From Podarcis tiliguerta (lineage: Eukaryota), in NCBI GenBank assembly GCA_965153285.1, contig OZ229110.1: a stretch of DNA of 64,000 nucleotides; one strand, 5' to 3'. The position numbers were made by a program, and so were the translations under genes. Shown piece by piece: positions 1 through 13,306 of this stretch; the stretch's first letter is position 1; every line of letters starts with the position of its first letter. The notes beneath the pieces are model-generated. The model saw nothing but the letters and a program-made list of their open reading frames with translations, searched no databases and was not told the origin of the DNA.

Positions 1-229
1 GGCATGACTAAGCTGGTTCTGGCGCACCAGAGCAGTGCACGGAAACACCGTTTACCTTCCCGCTGGAGCAGTACCTATTTATCTACTTGTACTTTGATGT
101 GCTTTCGAACTGCTAGGTGGGCAGGAGCAGGGACCGAGCAACGGGAGCTCACCCCGTCGTGGGGATTCAAACCGCTGACCTTCTGATCGGCAAGTCCTAG
201 GTTCTGTGGTTTAGACCACAGCGCCACCC
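1..229 (-). mobile_element. Sauria SINE (5' two-thirds; truncated by the window edge)
   Basis: Reverse complement begins gggtggcgctgtggtctaaaccacagaacctagg and continues to ...agtagataaataggtactgct...; clearly homologous to the copy at 26644. Confidence 0.85.
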
Positions 230-687
230 CACAAATAACCCACTGCAAATGTGTGGCAAAATTCTCCTTGCCACATGAGTGAATGTCATGGACTGGTTCC
301 AGCTGGCATCCCTCCTGTGAGAGAAGGCTGATTGATCTAGGGAAGGCTTCCATCAGCAAAATGGAAAAGCAATTTTCAGTGATTCCTCCTTCCTATGTAG
401 ATTTGAGGAAGGGGCTGAGGGTGTGAGAGAAAATTGCCAAAGGTTGCAGTGTGTTGTCACACACCTTGCAAGCTTCCAACAGGTGAACAGGAAGCTGGAT
501 GAGACCGGCCATTGGCCTGATTCAGCAGGTTTGTCTTATGTTCTTAACCAAGAGCCTTCTGCCAGCAGAGGGACACCGCCTGAATACAAGCCATGGTTAC
601 ATGGTTAACACCTTGTGGTGGAATGCCACTCAGTCACCTGTATGCACGTTTCTTTGGTGGAGAAATTCACAACCGTTAGACGCAATG

Positions 688-943
688 ACCTGGCTTACAC
701 ATCATGTTAAACCAAACTATGGCTTAGCACAAAGGAGCAAACTTGTGGGTTCCTGGAGCAAAGACTGCAAACCAGCAAAGTCATGGTTTGGCTTAGCAGT
801 ACATACAATCCTGTCCTGATCCAGAGACACCATTAGCTGTGATGAAGCTTTGTTTTTGGCTTACTCCTCATAGGTTGTTGTGGATGTTATTATCTGTGCT
901 AAGTAAACTATGGTTTGGCTTAACATTATATTCTAACTGGGCC
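688..943. repeat. Decayed inverted-repeat element (probable MITE)
   Basis: atgttaaaccaaactatggcttagcaca at the left mirrors tgtgctaagtaaactatggtttggcttaacat at the right. Boundaries approximate. Confidence 0.55.
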
Positions 944-1430
944 AAAGTCAAAAGGGAAGGGAAGCTATCCTAGAAGGATAATTTTATTTCAAATAATTCT
1001 GGAGGAGGAGGAAGAATAACACAGCTTCTGAACGGAGAGGGGACCAGGCTGCTGATGGCACATGAACTGAATATTCTTTCTGGTGGACAAGGATAATGTG
1101 TGTGGTTTTTTTTTGGGGGGGGGGGGGCTCACAGCCTTATATCTAAAATTACAATCAACCTTCCCTGGACATGTGAATGAAAATAAGAAGAACCAAAGTT
1201 AACTAGGCTTGGCAAACCACAATAAACCACCATGCATATATACATTCTGCATTATTTTTCCACAATGCCTATATATCTAATTAAATTATTGGATTATCTC
1301 ACTAGGTGGTGTCCTACACATACTAAACAATGCCTCTAGGCTGTGGGTGGGTGTTGCAAAGTCTAAGCACAATGTATTAGCTGTAAACAAATGTTAATTC
1401 TGACTATGTAAAGTACACAATCTGGATTAC

Positions 1431-1513
1431 CTGCGTGCAGTAAGAAAAGGGCTTCCGACAGGCTGGGCTGCAATGCCTGGTTGTAGCTGGCTGCATCTGA
1501 ACGGAACAACCCC
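1431..1513 (-). CDS. THSD7B: THSD7B exon, 83 nt: (G)GCSVQMQPATTRHCSPACRKPFSYCTQ
   Basis: Acceptor cccttacAG, donor CAG|GTAATC; phase 1 to 0. Confidence 0.94.
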
Positions 1514-4500
1514 CTGTAAGGGCAAATGTCAAGAGGTACATTTCAAAAAGAGGCCACATATGTGGGGAAAACTTTACTTTGCTGCAACACTGCCTTTGGC
1601 AAAATAAAGAAACAAATGCCAGTGCATTCATATCAATTTTGCTGTAAGTCCTAGAAGATTTGCTCCCTGCACTGCAGGCATTTTCCCACCTGGCCTGGGA
1701 GGGCAGGGCCCTGACTGACTCCAGCTACAAAAGCCAAGGCTGCTGAACAGACTCTTGGGTGCGGTGTTATTTAGGGGGCGTTGTTGGGGGAGGGCTGTTG
1801 CTGTTGTTGCGGTTACTTTTTTTGTATCTTATTATTTATGTGTAATTTGTTCAGCACGCCTGTGTACTTTGTAGTTACATACTTTTGTATACGTTGTAAG
1901 CTGCCTTATGCATGGCTTTAACTTTGGAAAGGCAGCATACAAATAAAATGAGTTATTGTTTGATATTACTCCTGAGATGCATTAGCCTTTAAATGAAATG
2001 AAGTGAAGTGACTTTATCCCCCATTGCTAACTAATGGCATTCCCACTTGGTTTTAAAGAGATCATGTTGAGTCTGCCGGCAAATGTGATTCAGCCCTTTG
2101 TGAATTTGGTGATAATTCAAACCAGTTCACTATCCATACTGAATCTGAATGCCCCAAGCATTTCTAAGAGGACAAAGGGGGAAGGCTCTAGGGAATGGAG
2201 GAATGAATGGTACAGAGATGAAGAAATGGAGAATTGGCTATTCCTACTTGTACTTGTGGATTCTCCTTTTGTCTCTGACATTCATTGTGTTGTCAGTGTA
2301 AATGGATATTCCAACTTAAGCACTTATCCTTCAGTTCTGTTATTTATTTGGGTGGGCTGATCCCTCCATGTCGTAGTCACTGTGTGTGCATATTCCTGCC
2401 TGCACTAGGTGGCTGAACTATTATTTTATGTAAGATATTTATAATCTGATTCAATCAACAGGGATTCATGAAGCGGCTGAAAATAAAAAATGAATCGCAA
2501 CCAAACAATAGGAACAACAGCAACTAAAATAAAAATATGACAACTGCGTTATGCCACGTCAGCTCAGTCTTGTATATACTGTATTGAAGTGGCTCTTAAG
2601 GGTTCCAAAATGGATACATTCCCAGGCTTACCTGGTAATGGTAGGGATTGAAGCTGGAACCACTGGTATTGAAAATACTTGCTCTACCACTGAGCTATGG
2701 CCTGTCAGCAACAATGAGTCCTATTTTTAAAAAGCTGAAGTAAATGGCCATTGTTTTAATCTATTTCTAAAAATACAGCAGGGGTGAAACTAGGTGAACA
2801 AATGAGAGAAGGACATTTCAGGTTAAATAGATACTGTGTTCCTCCAAATTCTGGTTCTCAAGAGACCACTAAAATAGCCCTCAAAGAGAATCCCACGCAC
2901 AGGAACATTTCCCTTTCCTCTTAAACAACATCGTCATCATTATCATCACTGTATAAGTCATAGTTCTGGAACATTTCTAGACTGTGTGCAGTAGACTCGA
3001 GGATGTCCCTACCTGTGACATTCACCCCATCAGAACGCTGGCACCACACTGTGCGTTCATTATCTCGCCAAAGACTCGTTTTCCATACATAATTATAGCA
3101 CTTCCCTCCTATAGTCCAAACAACAGGGCAACATTAATCAGTTTGCAAGGTAACATGTATGCACACATTTACAATGTATCCTGTTTTTCTTTCAGATGAA
3201 ATTCAAAATTTCCTAATAGGCAAACAATTAAGACTGTAATTCTATATACACTTAGCTGGGAGTAAGCCCCACTAAGTTCAATTGGCTTATTTCAAAACAG
3301 AGGTTTATGGGATTGCACTGTAAATAAATTATATCAAAACATACAAAGTGGACACACATGAGGGCATTTGGCTGTGCTCATTGTTTCCCCATTGAGTCCA
3401 CCCCATTCCCCCCTCTGCCATGTGCCTGCTATTGCCTTTGAAATTTTTTGGTCATTGTGGGGTGAGAAAAAAGAATGTTTAAAGTCTAATTTCAAGCCAT
3501 GATTAAACACCAAATACGCAATAATAATGAGATGGTGCTCCTTTCAGGCTGAGTGAGGTGGTCACCTAAGGCAGCTAATTCTGGGTCTCATGAAAGGGCA
3601 GGAAGTTTTTTTTTCCTTGCCAAGGAGGCTGAGACGCAGGTGACATATTCTGCCTCATGTGTAAACAACCTGACTGGCATTGAGTACTATGCACCTTGAC
3701 TTGGGGAGGTGTCATTTTCTGTTCTGCCTCAGGCAGCAAAGCGTCTTGGGCTGGCCTTGACAGCAATAACAAAGTAGTGCGAACGCTTCTGTAAAATACA
3801 GCGAAAGGGCTGAGCAAGAAACATTCCCTACCGGAGCATGGCCGCGTCTCCAATTCTTGTTCAGGGCAGCTGTCTTGGTTTTCAAAAGACTGAATTATAA
3901 ACGTTCTTGACCGAGACTGACGACCCATAGTCTCAAAGCTCCTGCCATCTATACACGTTAATTCACAAGAGCTCCACTCTGACCATTCTGTCAAATGACA
4001 ATCACCTGTGTGTAAGAAGAAGGGGGAAAGAGGGAACTTCTATAGCTCTATTACTTATGTCTCTGAAGGTTTGAACTTGAAATCACGGCAATGCCAGTTG
4101 GAACTTAATAGGTAACACTACTTGTTCTGCTATCTCTTATCATTCAAAATCAGATTCTTAAAAGGTTTAGACCATTCATGGTAATGACTTTTTTAAGGTC
4201 CAGGGAGACATTTTTCCAGATAATACACGTTAGGCTGACACCTTGACTATTTTTCTTCTTCTTCTTTCCTGACAGAGGATAATATAACTTGCTTGCTTGA
4301 ATTCATCTACATGGTGTTTTAGTTAACATTTTACTGCATAGATCTGATATTTGCATCTAGCAAAGTGGCATGAGCATTAAAAATATTAAAGTGTCAGGGT
4401 CGTTGCTGTTGCAGGATGATAGAGAAAGGTTCTGTTTGGATGCTTAGATCTGGGCTTTACCCAGTGTGTTCATCCCTGCCACTGCATTCCCTTGTTGGCC

Positions 4501-7500
4501 TCCCTACCATCTTTTCCTTTGGGTTGGGTTGAAGATGGTTCAGTCCCCCATGACTAATGACTCTCATATTCAACTGTTGAGGAACATGGCCTCCTCACAG
4601 AAGTGAAAATCACAGCGCCAAGCAGCAAGTGTTGGATTGGGAAGCCCCTCTTGACCTAGGATTGTGGAAAACTACGTCTGATTTGCAATGCAGCTATTAG
4701 GAAGGAAGGGCAATTTGTCACTGAAGCAGAGTAAGGGCTCAATCAAATTCTGAGCATGTGCTAAAAGCCTCACATGTGAAAAACTGTAACATCAGCTTGA
4801 AATAAGTTTCATTAGACATAAGTGCTGGGTCACAGTTTGGGAGTATGTGCACACGACTTGTTATGAAAACAATGTGTAGTGATAAGTCATATGATGTATC
4901 CATTATTTATAAATCTCATCATCACTACTAGTCATAGAATCATAGAATTGTAACGCTAGAAGGGATCCCAAGGGTCATCTAGTCCAAGCCCCTGCAATGC
5001 AGGAATCTCTGCTAAAGCATACCATGACAGAAGACCGTCCAACCTAGTCATTCTAGATATGTATGCCCATATGACTCACTTGTATGCTATGCACACATTC
5101 AGTAAAGCTGAACCATGTAGAACGAAGGTGTGCATGTTCCTAATAGAAGCCTGGGAAGAATCATAGAGAGAACTACAATATTGCTCTAGCTTTGCATAGA
5201 ATTCTTAAGAACTGCAGGATTGTGAATGCCTTTCTTAATGTGATGGAACTCTAATTAGAAGAGGTTTTACAGTATATTATAAATGGGGGAGCATCAATTA
5301 TGAAAGGGCAATATGTGAAATCAAGAATATTTACTTTGGCTTAAAGGCCAGTCTCTTAAGGGACTAAGACTGCAATCTTATGCACACTTAACTGGGAACA
5401 AGCCCCATTGAACACAATGAGATTGTCTTGGAAGTCAAAATGGACTCTGTGTGACTTGCTCCAGAGGAGTCATGTTTAGGACTGGAGATCAAGGAAGCTC
5501 AGAGTAGGCTGCAGATAAGCATATTCTTAGGCTGCAAATGTGAATCAAATTATAGTGTCATATTGTCTTGCAGAACATGACTATCTGTGTGCGCGCCACT
5601 GCAAGGGCAAAACAAAGTCCTCCACAGAGTTTACCTGGGCAAGGCACAGAACACGGAAGCTGCAATGCACCATCTTTAGAAGGAAGCTCTCCGCACAACG
5701 AACTTTCCGCTTGTTTAGATGTTGCCGATAAAGAGCCATCATGTATCATACATGTGAGGTCCCGTACTTGGAATCCATCCCCGCACTGTCCACCCTAAGA
5801 GAAATAATGGAAGTTTATGGTACTAAAATAGCTCTTACTACATTAATAATGAATGCTAAGTATACTGTATAGATCCTGTCTCCTGGAAGCTTCCCAGAGC
5901 ATTTGTAAAGTGAGCAGATTATGTCCAGATGGAAGATGTGGCCTTTCCTATTTCCAGCATTTGCCTGCAGTCCACACAACTGAGAGAGATTTGTTAGGTT
6001 ACCAAAGAATGTGTATCCAGTGCACTCTGAGCATCAGAGCATCTTCAGAAAGTGTCACTTCACTGGAGGCAAAGGCAAAGACAAATCCTCTTTAAACTTC
6101 TGGAAGACCTAGATGAACTAAAGGCCTAGCTCCATACATTGCTCTATGTGCTAATAAATTTATATGCGAGAGGAAGGGGCTTTGTTCATTTCTCAGAAGA
6201 GATGTTAATGGTGACAATTTTATACGTGTCTTTTCAGCATATATCACAACTTTCTCTCTGCCACAGTTTCCCCTGTGCATCATCCAATTATTTTGACATG
6301 AAGAAAGCAAAGCAGACCCCATCCTCTCCCACATGAAAAAAAGTTGTGTGTGGAAAATCAGTTTAAAGTTAAGGCAATATACTGGATCAAATGTTTCAGA
6401 AGAAGCATGATCTAAGAGATATAAATGGGGAGAGGGGTGGAGAAACACATGTGGAAAGTCAGTGCAAGCTGAATGTGGCATGAAGGCAGAGAGGGCATGC
6501 AGGCTGCTGGTGCTGACAAAGCAGAGGTATATATTTTTGAGGCTCCACAACTCACGTCAGCGTTTACATTTTCAGACCATTAAAAAAAAAAAATCACCCC
6601 AAGGAGAAAAGTCACACTCAGCACTTCATGCAACGGCTTTAAACTATACTGTTTCAAGGCCTTTTGAGGTACTGAGACAGACTACATAGTGTTCTTAGTG
6701 CAAAAGTCAATTTCCTTCGTGGCAGAATTCACTGAAATTAAATCATGCTTTGATCTAGGGTTGCTGCTATAAAAAAGATCTATAACACTCATCCCAGTGC
6801 TATTAGAAATGTATGTTCCTTTGGCATTTGCTATTAAATTAGTTTTTAATCAGCTGCTTACTAGCATTTATGATGAATTCGCGACAATTTGATAGGAATT
6901 TCCTCCTGTTTTCAGGAATATTAAAACGGCATAGCTCTCTAACCTTAAAAGCATATATTCAGTTGTCTTATAGTTTTGCAGCATGTGGAGAACAGCTATG
7001 CACTTTTTCTACCGGCAATGCTAGGAGATCTTCCTATAAGCTAGCACGCAACAGATACCTTGACTTTGCACGGGGACCACTCGCCAATGACCCAGCTGTA
7101 GCAGGGCTTTACAACACAGCTTCTGTACTGGGTGAGCTCAGTTGGGCAGGGTCTTCCTTCTCCTTGTGCTTGTAGAATTATATATCTGGTACGTAGCATC
7201 TGACCTAAACAAGCAGAAGAGGGTTATTCTTAAACTGATCATACACTGTATTAGCGAAGTTCTCAGAGCTGCCTGCGGAGGCTCAAATCACATAGGAACT
7301 CTGTCCCTTGCAACCTCTGTTGCTGGGAGCAGATGCAACAATTACTGGGGAAGCAAAGGCGCTTACAAAATTCTCTCCCTGACTCACCCGCTGCCACTCC
7401 TAAGAGGTTCCAGCTGCCACTCTGCCTATGAATCATCATGTAAGGGCTGGCTTTTCCCTCTTACAACAGAGAATAAGAAGCCTTACTGCACATCAAGCTG

Positions 7501-10500
7501 TGGATCATGAATGTCCCAATGTCATACTCAAGAGTATTTAGCACCACACAAACACACACACACACACAAAATTCCTTATGTACTTTAATGGAAATGAAAC
7601 CGCTACAGTTGGACTAGATGATCCTTGTGGTCCGTTCCAACTCTACAGTTCTATTTTCTATGTGCACTTCCTTTGGGGCAGAAGGATGGAAGAATACCCC
7701 CTCCCTCCAAGCTAATGGGGAATCACGGCAAGAAGGCAAAGTCCTGGGCCTGCAGAACATTGCTGGAGCTATAATACCAATGGTGTTGTTATATTAATAA
7801 GAGCATATGAACATTCAGTGTCTGAAGACTGTAATAGGATGTTTCTTGCTTACGTCCCTGGCAGATCTGCCCTCTCCTTCCCTTAATGAGAGCCTCTGTT
7901 GGTTACTCAACTTGATAAAGACAGAAAGCCTGCCAGTTTAACACAGTCTTCCGAATTACATGGCTACCATTCAGGAAACTCTTTCCATTTCAATAACAAG
8001 CTGTCTTCTAATTGGAATAGTGTAAGAGAAAACATTTCTTCTCTGGGTCGTCCTCTGTGCCTGGGCAGCAGAGGATTAAAAAATGAGATAGCTGATACTT
8101 TAATGAATGGCATTCAGCACTATTATTCCAGAAATGGTAACCTAATTTCTTTTTCTATTCACCGAGTTAGGGATATTTCGCTGAAAATAAATAGGTTCTT
8201 AATGGAAATTGTAAAAGTGGTTATGGACAGTAATGGCCATTACAATGCTTGCAATTTTTCAGCAACAATAAATGTAATTTGGTCGTAAAACTCAAACTTC
8301 ATCTGGAGGGGGGAAAGAGGCAGTGGAAACATATGGCAATTGTTACTGTGAAACACAGCACTGCCATAATTATTAATTTTGGGGAATATTCCCCGCTACA
8401 TCATGATTTTGAGATTTAATGAAGTCTATCACATATACAAAGAAATATTCACCAGAAAGTATGCTAAGATATGTTTTAAAATAAACATATGATTAACCTA
8501 AAATATAAACAAGGGGATGACTAAACAAGTTCACCAGCACTACTTTATATTCTGCATTTATATACTTTGCAAGCCATCGTTTTCATTAAGGTTAATTATG
8601 AAAGGGGAAATGAGCTTAATAATAAGGATTTTTTGCTTCTGCAATACTTCATTATGATCCACCTTATCTTTATTGATTAACTTGCCATAGAAGAACATGA
8701 AAGCAGCACAATATGCTAGTTTGTCATCAGTTCTATTAAGCCTTTGCCTAAAGAGATGGAACTTAAAAATGAGTTTAATTAAGGAAACAGTGAAGCATTT
8801 CTATCAGCTGCTACTAATTAACAACACATAGCAGGCATGCTTGGGTGAAGAAAACATGTATCTATCACTATTAAAAATACAGATTCATTTATATTGCAAA
8901 CTGCCCTGTGATCCTCGAATGAAGGGTGGTATATAGAAATCTAATAATTAGCAGCAGCAGCAGCAGCATAGGTAATAACTCAGGCAACAGGGCATTTCAT
9001 TATGTACATTCTGATATAGCTTGAAGTCCATGGTTTCCCGTTTCCATTTCTTTTCCCTTTTATTAGTGTGATTTCACGACTCATTCTTTTAAAAGTCTGC
9101 AAATTTTTTTTTTAAAAAAAGTCATTTTAATTGGATTCTTCTGGGAAATTGCATGTGGAGTTTGAATGGAAATGCTGCCACAGAACTCAACAAGTTAAGT
9201 GGCAGTTTTCAATCTTTGGTAAAGGATTCTTTCTAATGATGGTTACAATTTTGCATATTACTTGGCTTCAGTGGAATTTATGCAGCCTAACCATACATGG
9301 GATAATAGCCAATATTATTATTTTACTCATTAGGTTTAGAGTTTTCTCAGGAGCCTTGGTGTTCCACCAGTTTCCTTAGAAATTGACAAAGAACCCAAGC
9401 ATTTTATACTCAGAACTGTCTTTTAAGTTAAGTCTGTTGAGGCAAGATATTGAAAAACTGTTTGAAATTAATGAAGTCCTTTGCTTTTATCCATGCTGTT
9501 ATTTGCATATCCTTTTGGCAAATTGGGAAAAAATACATAGTTCTTAAATTGTAAATGTTCACTTCCGGGGGGGAAAAACACTCTTCTAACAACAGCTGCA
9601 ACCATCCTATTTGCTAATATGCTAGGGACGCCATTCTGTCAATCATATTCAAAGTCCATCTTGCCTAGTATTCTGCCTACAGTAGTGGAGAGCTGGCTGT
9701 CCTGGGAAGATCATATCTGGAACATTAAGAATCGATTTGTAGCTACCATGGAAAATAGACAATGACTGATCAGCCATCCCGCATGAACTTGCCTTATCCG
9801 TTACTAAAACCATTTAAGCTACTTGACGTCACCACATCTTGTAAATATGAATTCTACAACTTAAGTTATGTGTTGAGTAAAACATTCCTCATCACAGTAA
9901 TTTGGTTCCATCTGCAAACACCTCTGCTTTTGCATAAGTTGTGAATGAGCAAGTTAAACAGCACAAGCACCATCCTTCTAGTAGGAAAACAATAACTCCA
10001 CTGCCCAAATGCCTTTTGGGATGGTGGTGACCCCTCATTCCCATTGCACGGTCAGAAGTAAAAGACACAGTAGTAGAGTTCTGCCATTCCATCAACAGGA
10101 ACTACTGCCAGTGGCTGAACACCAACAGCACAAGAAGGAAAAATGGGTTCAAGGAATGGGTGGGGAAGACTGGTTCTTAGTTGGAACTCTATTCTTGCAC
10201 AAAGATCAGATTTGCTACTGATGTTGCCATAACGTTACACTTGCAAAAGAGGTAGCATTTTAGAACACCTTCAATGAGATCAATAGAGTGCCCAAAATAA
10301 ATGCCCCACCACCATTGCCTTCACTGTCCCCTCCAAAAGGATTCTGGCCACCACAGTATACAATCAAGGTACAGAATGTGGAGTATACAAAGACTGAAAT
10401 AAGGAAGTTAGATCTCATATATCAATATATATGGCACTGGGCTGTATCACTGGGTTGTATCCAATGCATAACACTACGGACTCATCCATACTTCTGCTTG

Positions 10501-13271
10501 TCCCATGCCTAGAAAGCACATCCAAGTGGTTTTCTGCTCTTTAGCTCTAAATCAGAACAAGAAGCAATTTGCAGGGGGGGGGGGGTGAATTGCTGTTTGT
10601 TCCAACTGAGCACTAAAGAGTGGTTTTCTCCAGGGGAAAACAGTGGGACAAGGGAAGTTGTCACTTAATTAAGGTCATTGAGGAGCATTCTTGCACTGGC
10701 AGAATATTGTTGCGCAATACAGTGGTACCTCGGGCTAAGAACTTAATTCGTTCTGAAGGTCTGTTCTTAACCTGAAACTGTTCTTAACCTGAGGTGCCAC
10801 TTTAGTTAATGGGGCATCCTGCTGCTGCCGCGCTGCACTGCATGATTTCTGTTCTCATCCTGAAGCAAAGTTCTTAACCCGAGGTACTATTTCTGGGTTA
10901 GCGGAGTCTGTAACCTGAAGCGTCTGTAACCCAAGGTACCACTGTACTACTTTACAACAAGAACCAGCATCTGCTGGTGTAACTGTTGCACTGGATTTCT
11001 TTGTTGTGACTCTTAAACTCTGCAAGCTGCCAGCACAAGGCCTCTTGCCCTGTGTCTAGAGAACTAGGATCACATGAATGGAAACATGGTGAGGGGTCAC
11101 TTTGCATGAACAGCAAACCCCAACAGGCAAGGGCCATGCAGCTTAGATCCTGTGGAGAAATAATAGCATTATGAAGTTAAAGTTATAAATTCATTTGAAA
11201 GGATGTTGTTCCAATGTAAAAAACTGGCAGATTGGCAGTTTCTGGTGTGCAACTGAAACTTGTTCCTTTGTTTGCTATCAGTTTGGCACTGCTTTGCAAT
11301 GATGGCATAAGCACTTGACGGCATAGTGGACCCATGAGATCACCTTGTGTGCCAAAGACTTTTGGGATCCCTAGCTGCACCACCCCCTGAAATATTTCCC
11401 TAAGAGCTATTTTTGATCAGAAAAAAACCTCACAGGTTCGCCCTGTTCTTCTTGGGTTTGTCTCTTCTCTGCCATCATCCTTCTGTACATACTATAAATA
11501 AATCATTACACAATGAAAGCAGTGAGGGACTCAGGTTTAAAAGGAGTTTTCTGAAAGAGACAGCCTCCCATGGGATTATCTGTGTATGTGGAATCTATAA
11601 GTTCAGTCCATGTTCACCACCACTCTGCTGCTCTTCCTATATTCTAGTAACATCTAGTGGCAGCAAGAACGAGGGGGGGCGGGAGGGAAATGTTTTCCTT
11701 CTTTCTGACTATTCTCAGCACTGAAACCTGTTGCCTCAACCTCGGTTTGAAATAAAGGCTCTCTTTGGACACATCACCAGCACGAGAAATGTGGAGCAAT
11801 TGTAAAGACTCTAAACTACTATGTCCTAAACATTGAACTTTGAAAATTGTAATTTTGTGTTGGAGGGAGAAATTGCAAATAAAAAACATTAAAAGAATCA
11901 CAATATGTGGAGGTGGGGAGCCCTAATATTTGAACTGGTTTAAGTGCCCAGTGTAGCTACACTTCCTGCTTTTATATTAAATAAACTATACCAAAACAAT
12001 ATTTTGGACATCATATCAGGGCATTATTGACCTGTCAGATTTGGATTCAGATGCATCAAGAATCTGGAGGATGTTTTCATATATTCAAACATAGAAACTA
12101 GTAATATTGATATGGGCAAGTATTTTTCTTCGTGTGCCCAAGAAGCAAATTTGGCTTCTTGCTACCAGTAGCATGGTGTTTATTATTGTAGGCCTCAAGA
12201 AATTGCCACATACAGGAACGAAAAGACCATCAGGCCATTGAGAATTGTTTATAGTTTGTTTATTGCATTGATATCCCATCTTATCTCCAAGGAGATCAAG
12301 GTGGTGTGCATGGTCCTCTTCCTTCTCCTACAACACCACAACAACCCTGTGAGGTAGGTGGTGCTGAGAGGCAGTGATTGGCCCAAAGTCAGCCAGTGAG
12401 CTTCATGGCTGAGTGGGGGTTTGAATCTTGGTCTCCCAGGCCCTAATCCAACAATCTGTTGCAGAACAAAATATGATTGCTGAAGTTCTGCATGTAAACG
12501 CCTAACTATGCATAGAAATTAATCTCCTCGGAAACCCACATGGAACTATAATGCTTGTCTGTGGTTAAAAAATGCCAATCCAGAACAACCTCCTGCATTT
12601 ACACCTAGAAAGTCTACATCTCTTATCTTCCACAGCTGAAGTCAAAAAGTTTTTCGTGTTTTAAAGGCAGCAGTAGTTTGAGGGTCTTGCTGATTTCTCC
12701 TCAAATGGAACAATTGACCAGCTGCCTCAGTATTCCTGTGGAATTCCTGTGGACCTTTTCAACAATGTTTTAATTTTGAGTTAATTACCTTATAGTCATT
12801 TGAAATATGCACATTTTGCATTTGCATTGTCAAAACATTGGGCTACATGTAGCGCTAAGGAGATTGTTCCATCAGCACAAGCTGTTTTGCATTCCCAATG
12901 AATGATTCCCCCCTTCTATTCTGAGGGTTCTCCCAACCCTCCGAAGCAGATTTTGGGGGTGAGCTATGAAGGAGAGGCCAGGAGGAAGTCACATTGCACC
13001 ATAGCTGTCAACTTTTTCCTTTTTTAAAGGGAAATTCCCTTAATCTGAGTAGGATTCCTTGCAAGAAAAGGGAAAAGTTGACAGCTATGCATTTTGCTAG
13101 TGTGAATTGCTGATATGCCTTTTACATCAATGCTTATATGAATAAATATTCATCTAACAGTATTACAATGAGTAAAAAACACACACTGAGAGCTAATGGT
13201 ATCCACAGAACAATGTACAGCTACAGAAACATCTCATATTTTACTTTAAATGGGCTGCATAGAACTGGGCT

Positions 13272-13306
<35 letters not shown>

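Noticed and set aside
230-1430. Searched for the next THSD7B exon (expected GGVCGCEKGY...)
   Set aside because: No matching frame or splice sites seen; it probably lies before position 1.
3575-3831. C-terminal part of the 139-aa ORF 3575..3994
   Set aside because: Intronic read-through past the GT donor at 3831-3830. The THSD7B sequence continues in the exon at 3013-3108.
7899-8288. 129-aa plus-strand ORF over the candidate enhancer
   Set aside because: Non-ATG start, no recognisable homology and no supporting splice structure; likely chance.
10760-10935. Short repeats with spacers (gttcttaacctga), superficially CRISPR-like
   Set aside because: These are subterminal repeats of a eukaryotic MITE present in three copies; spacing is irregular and there are no cas genes.
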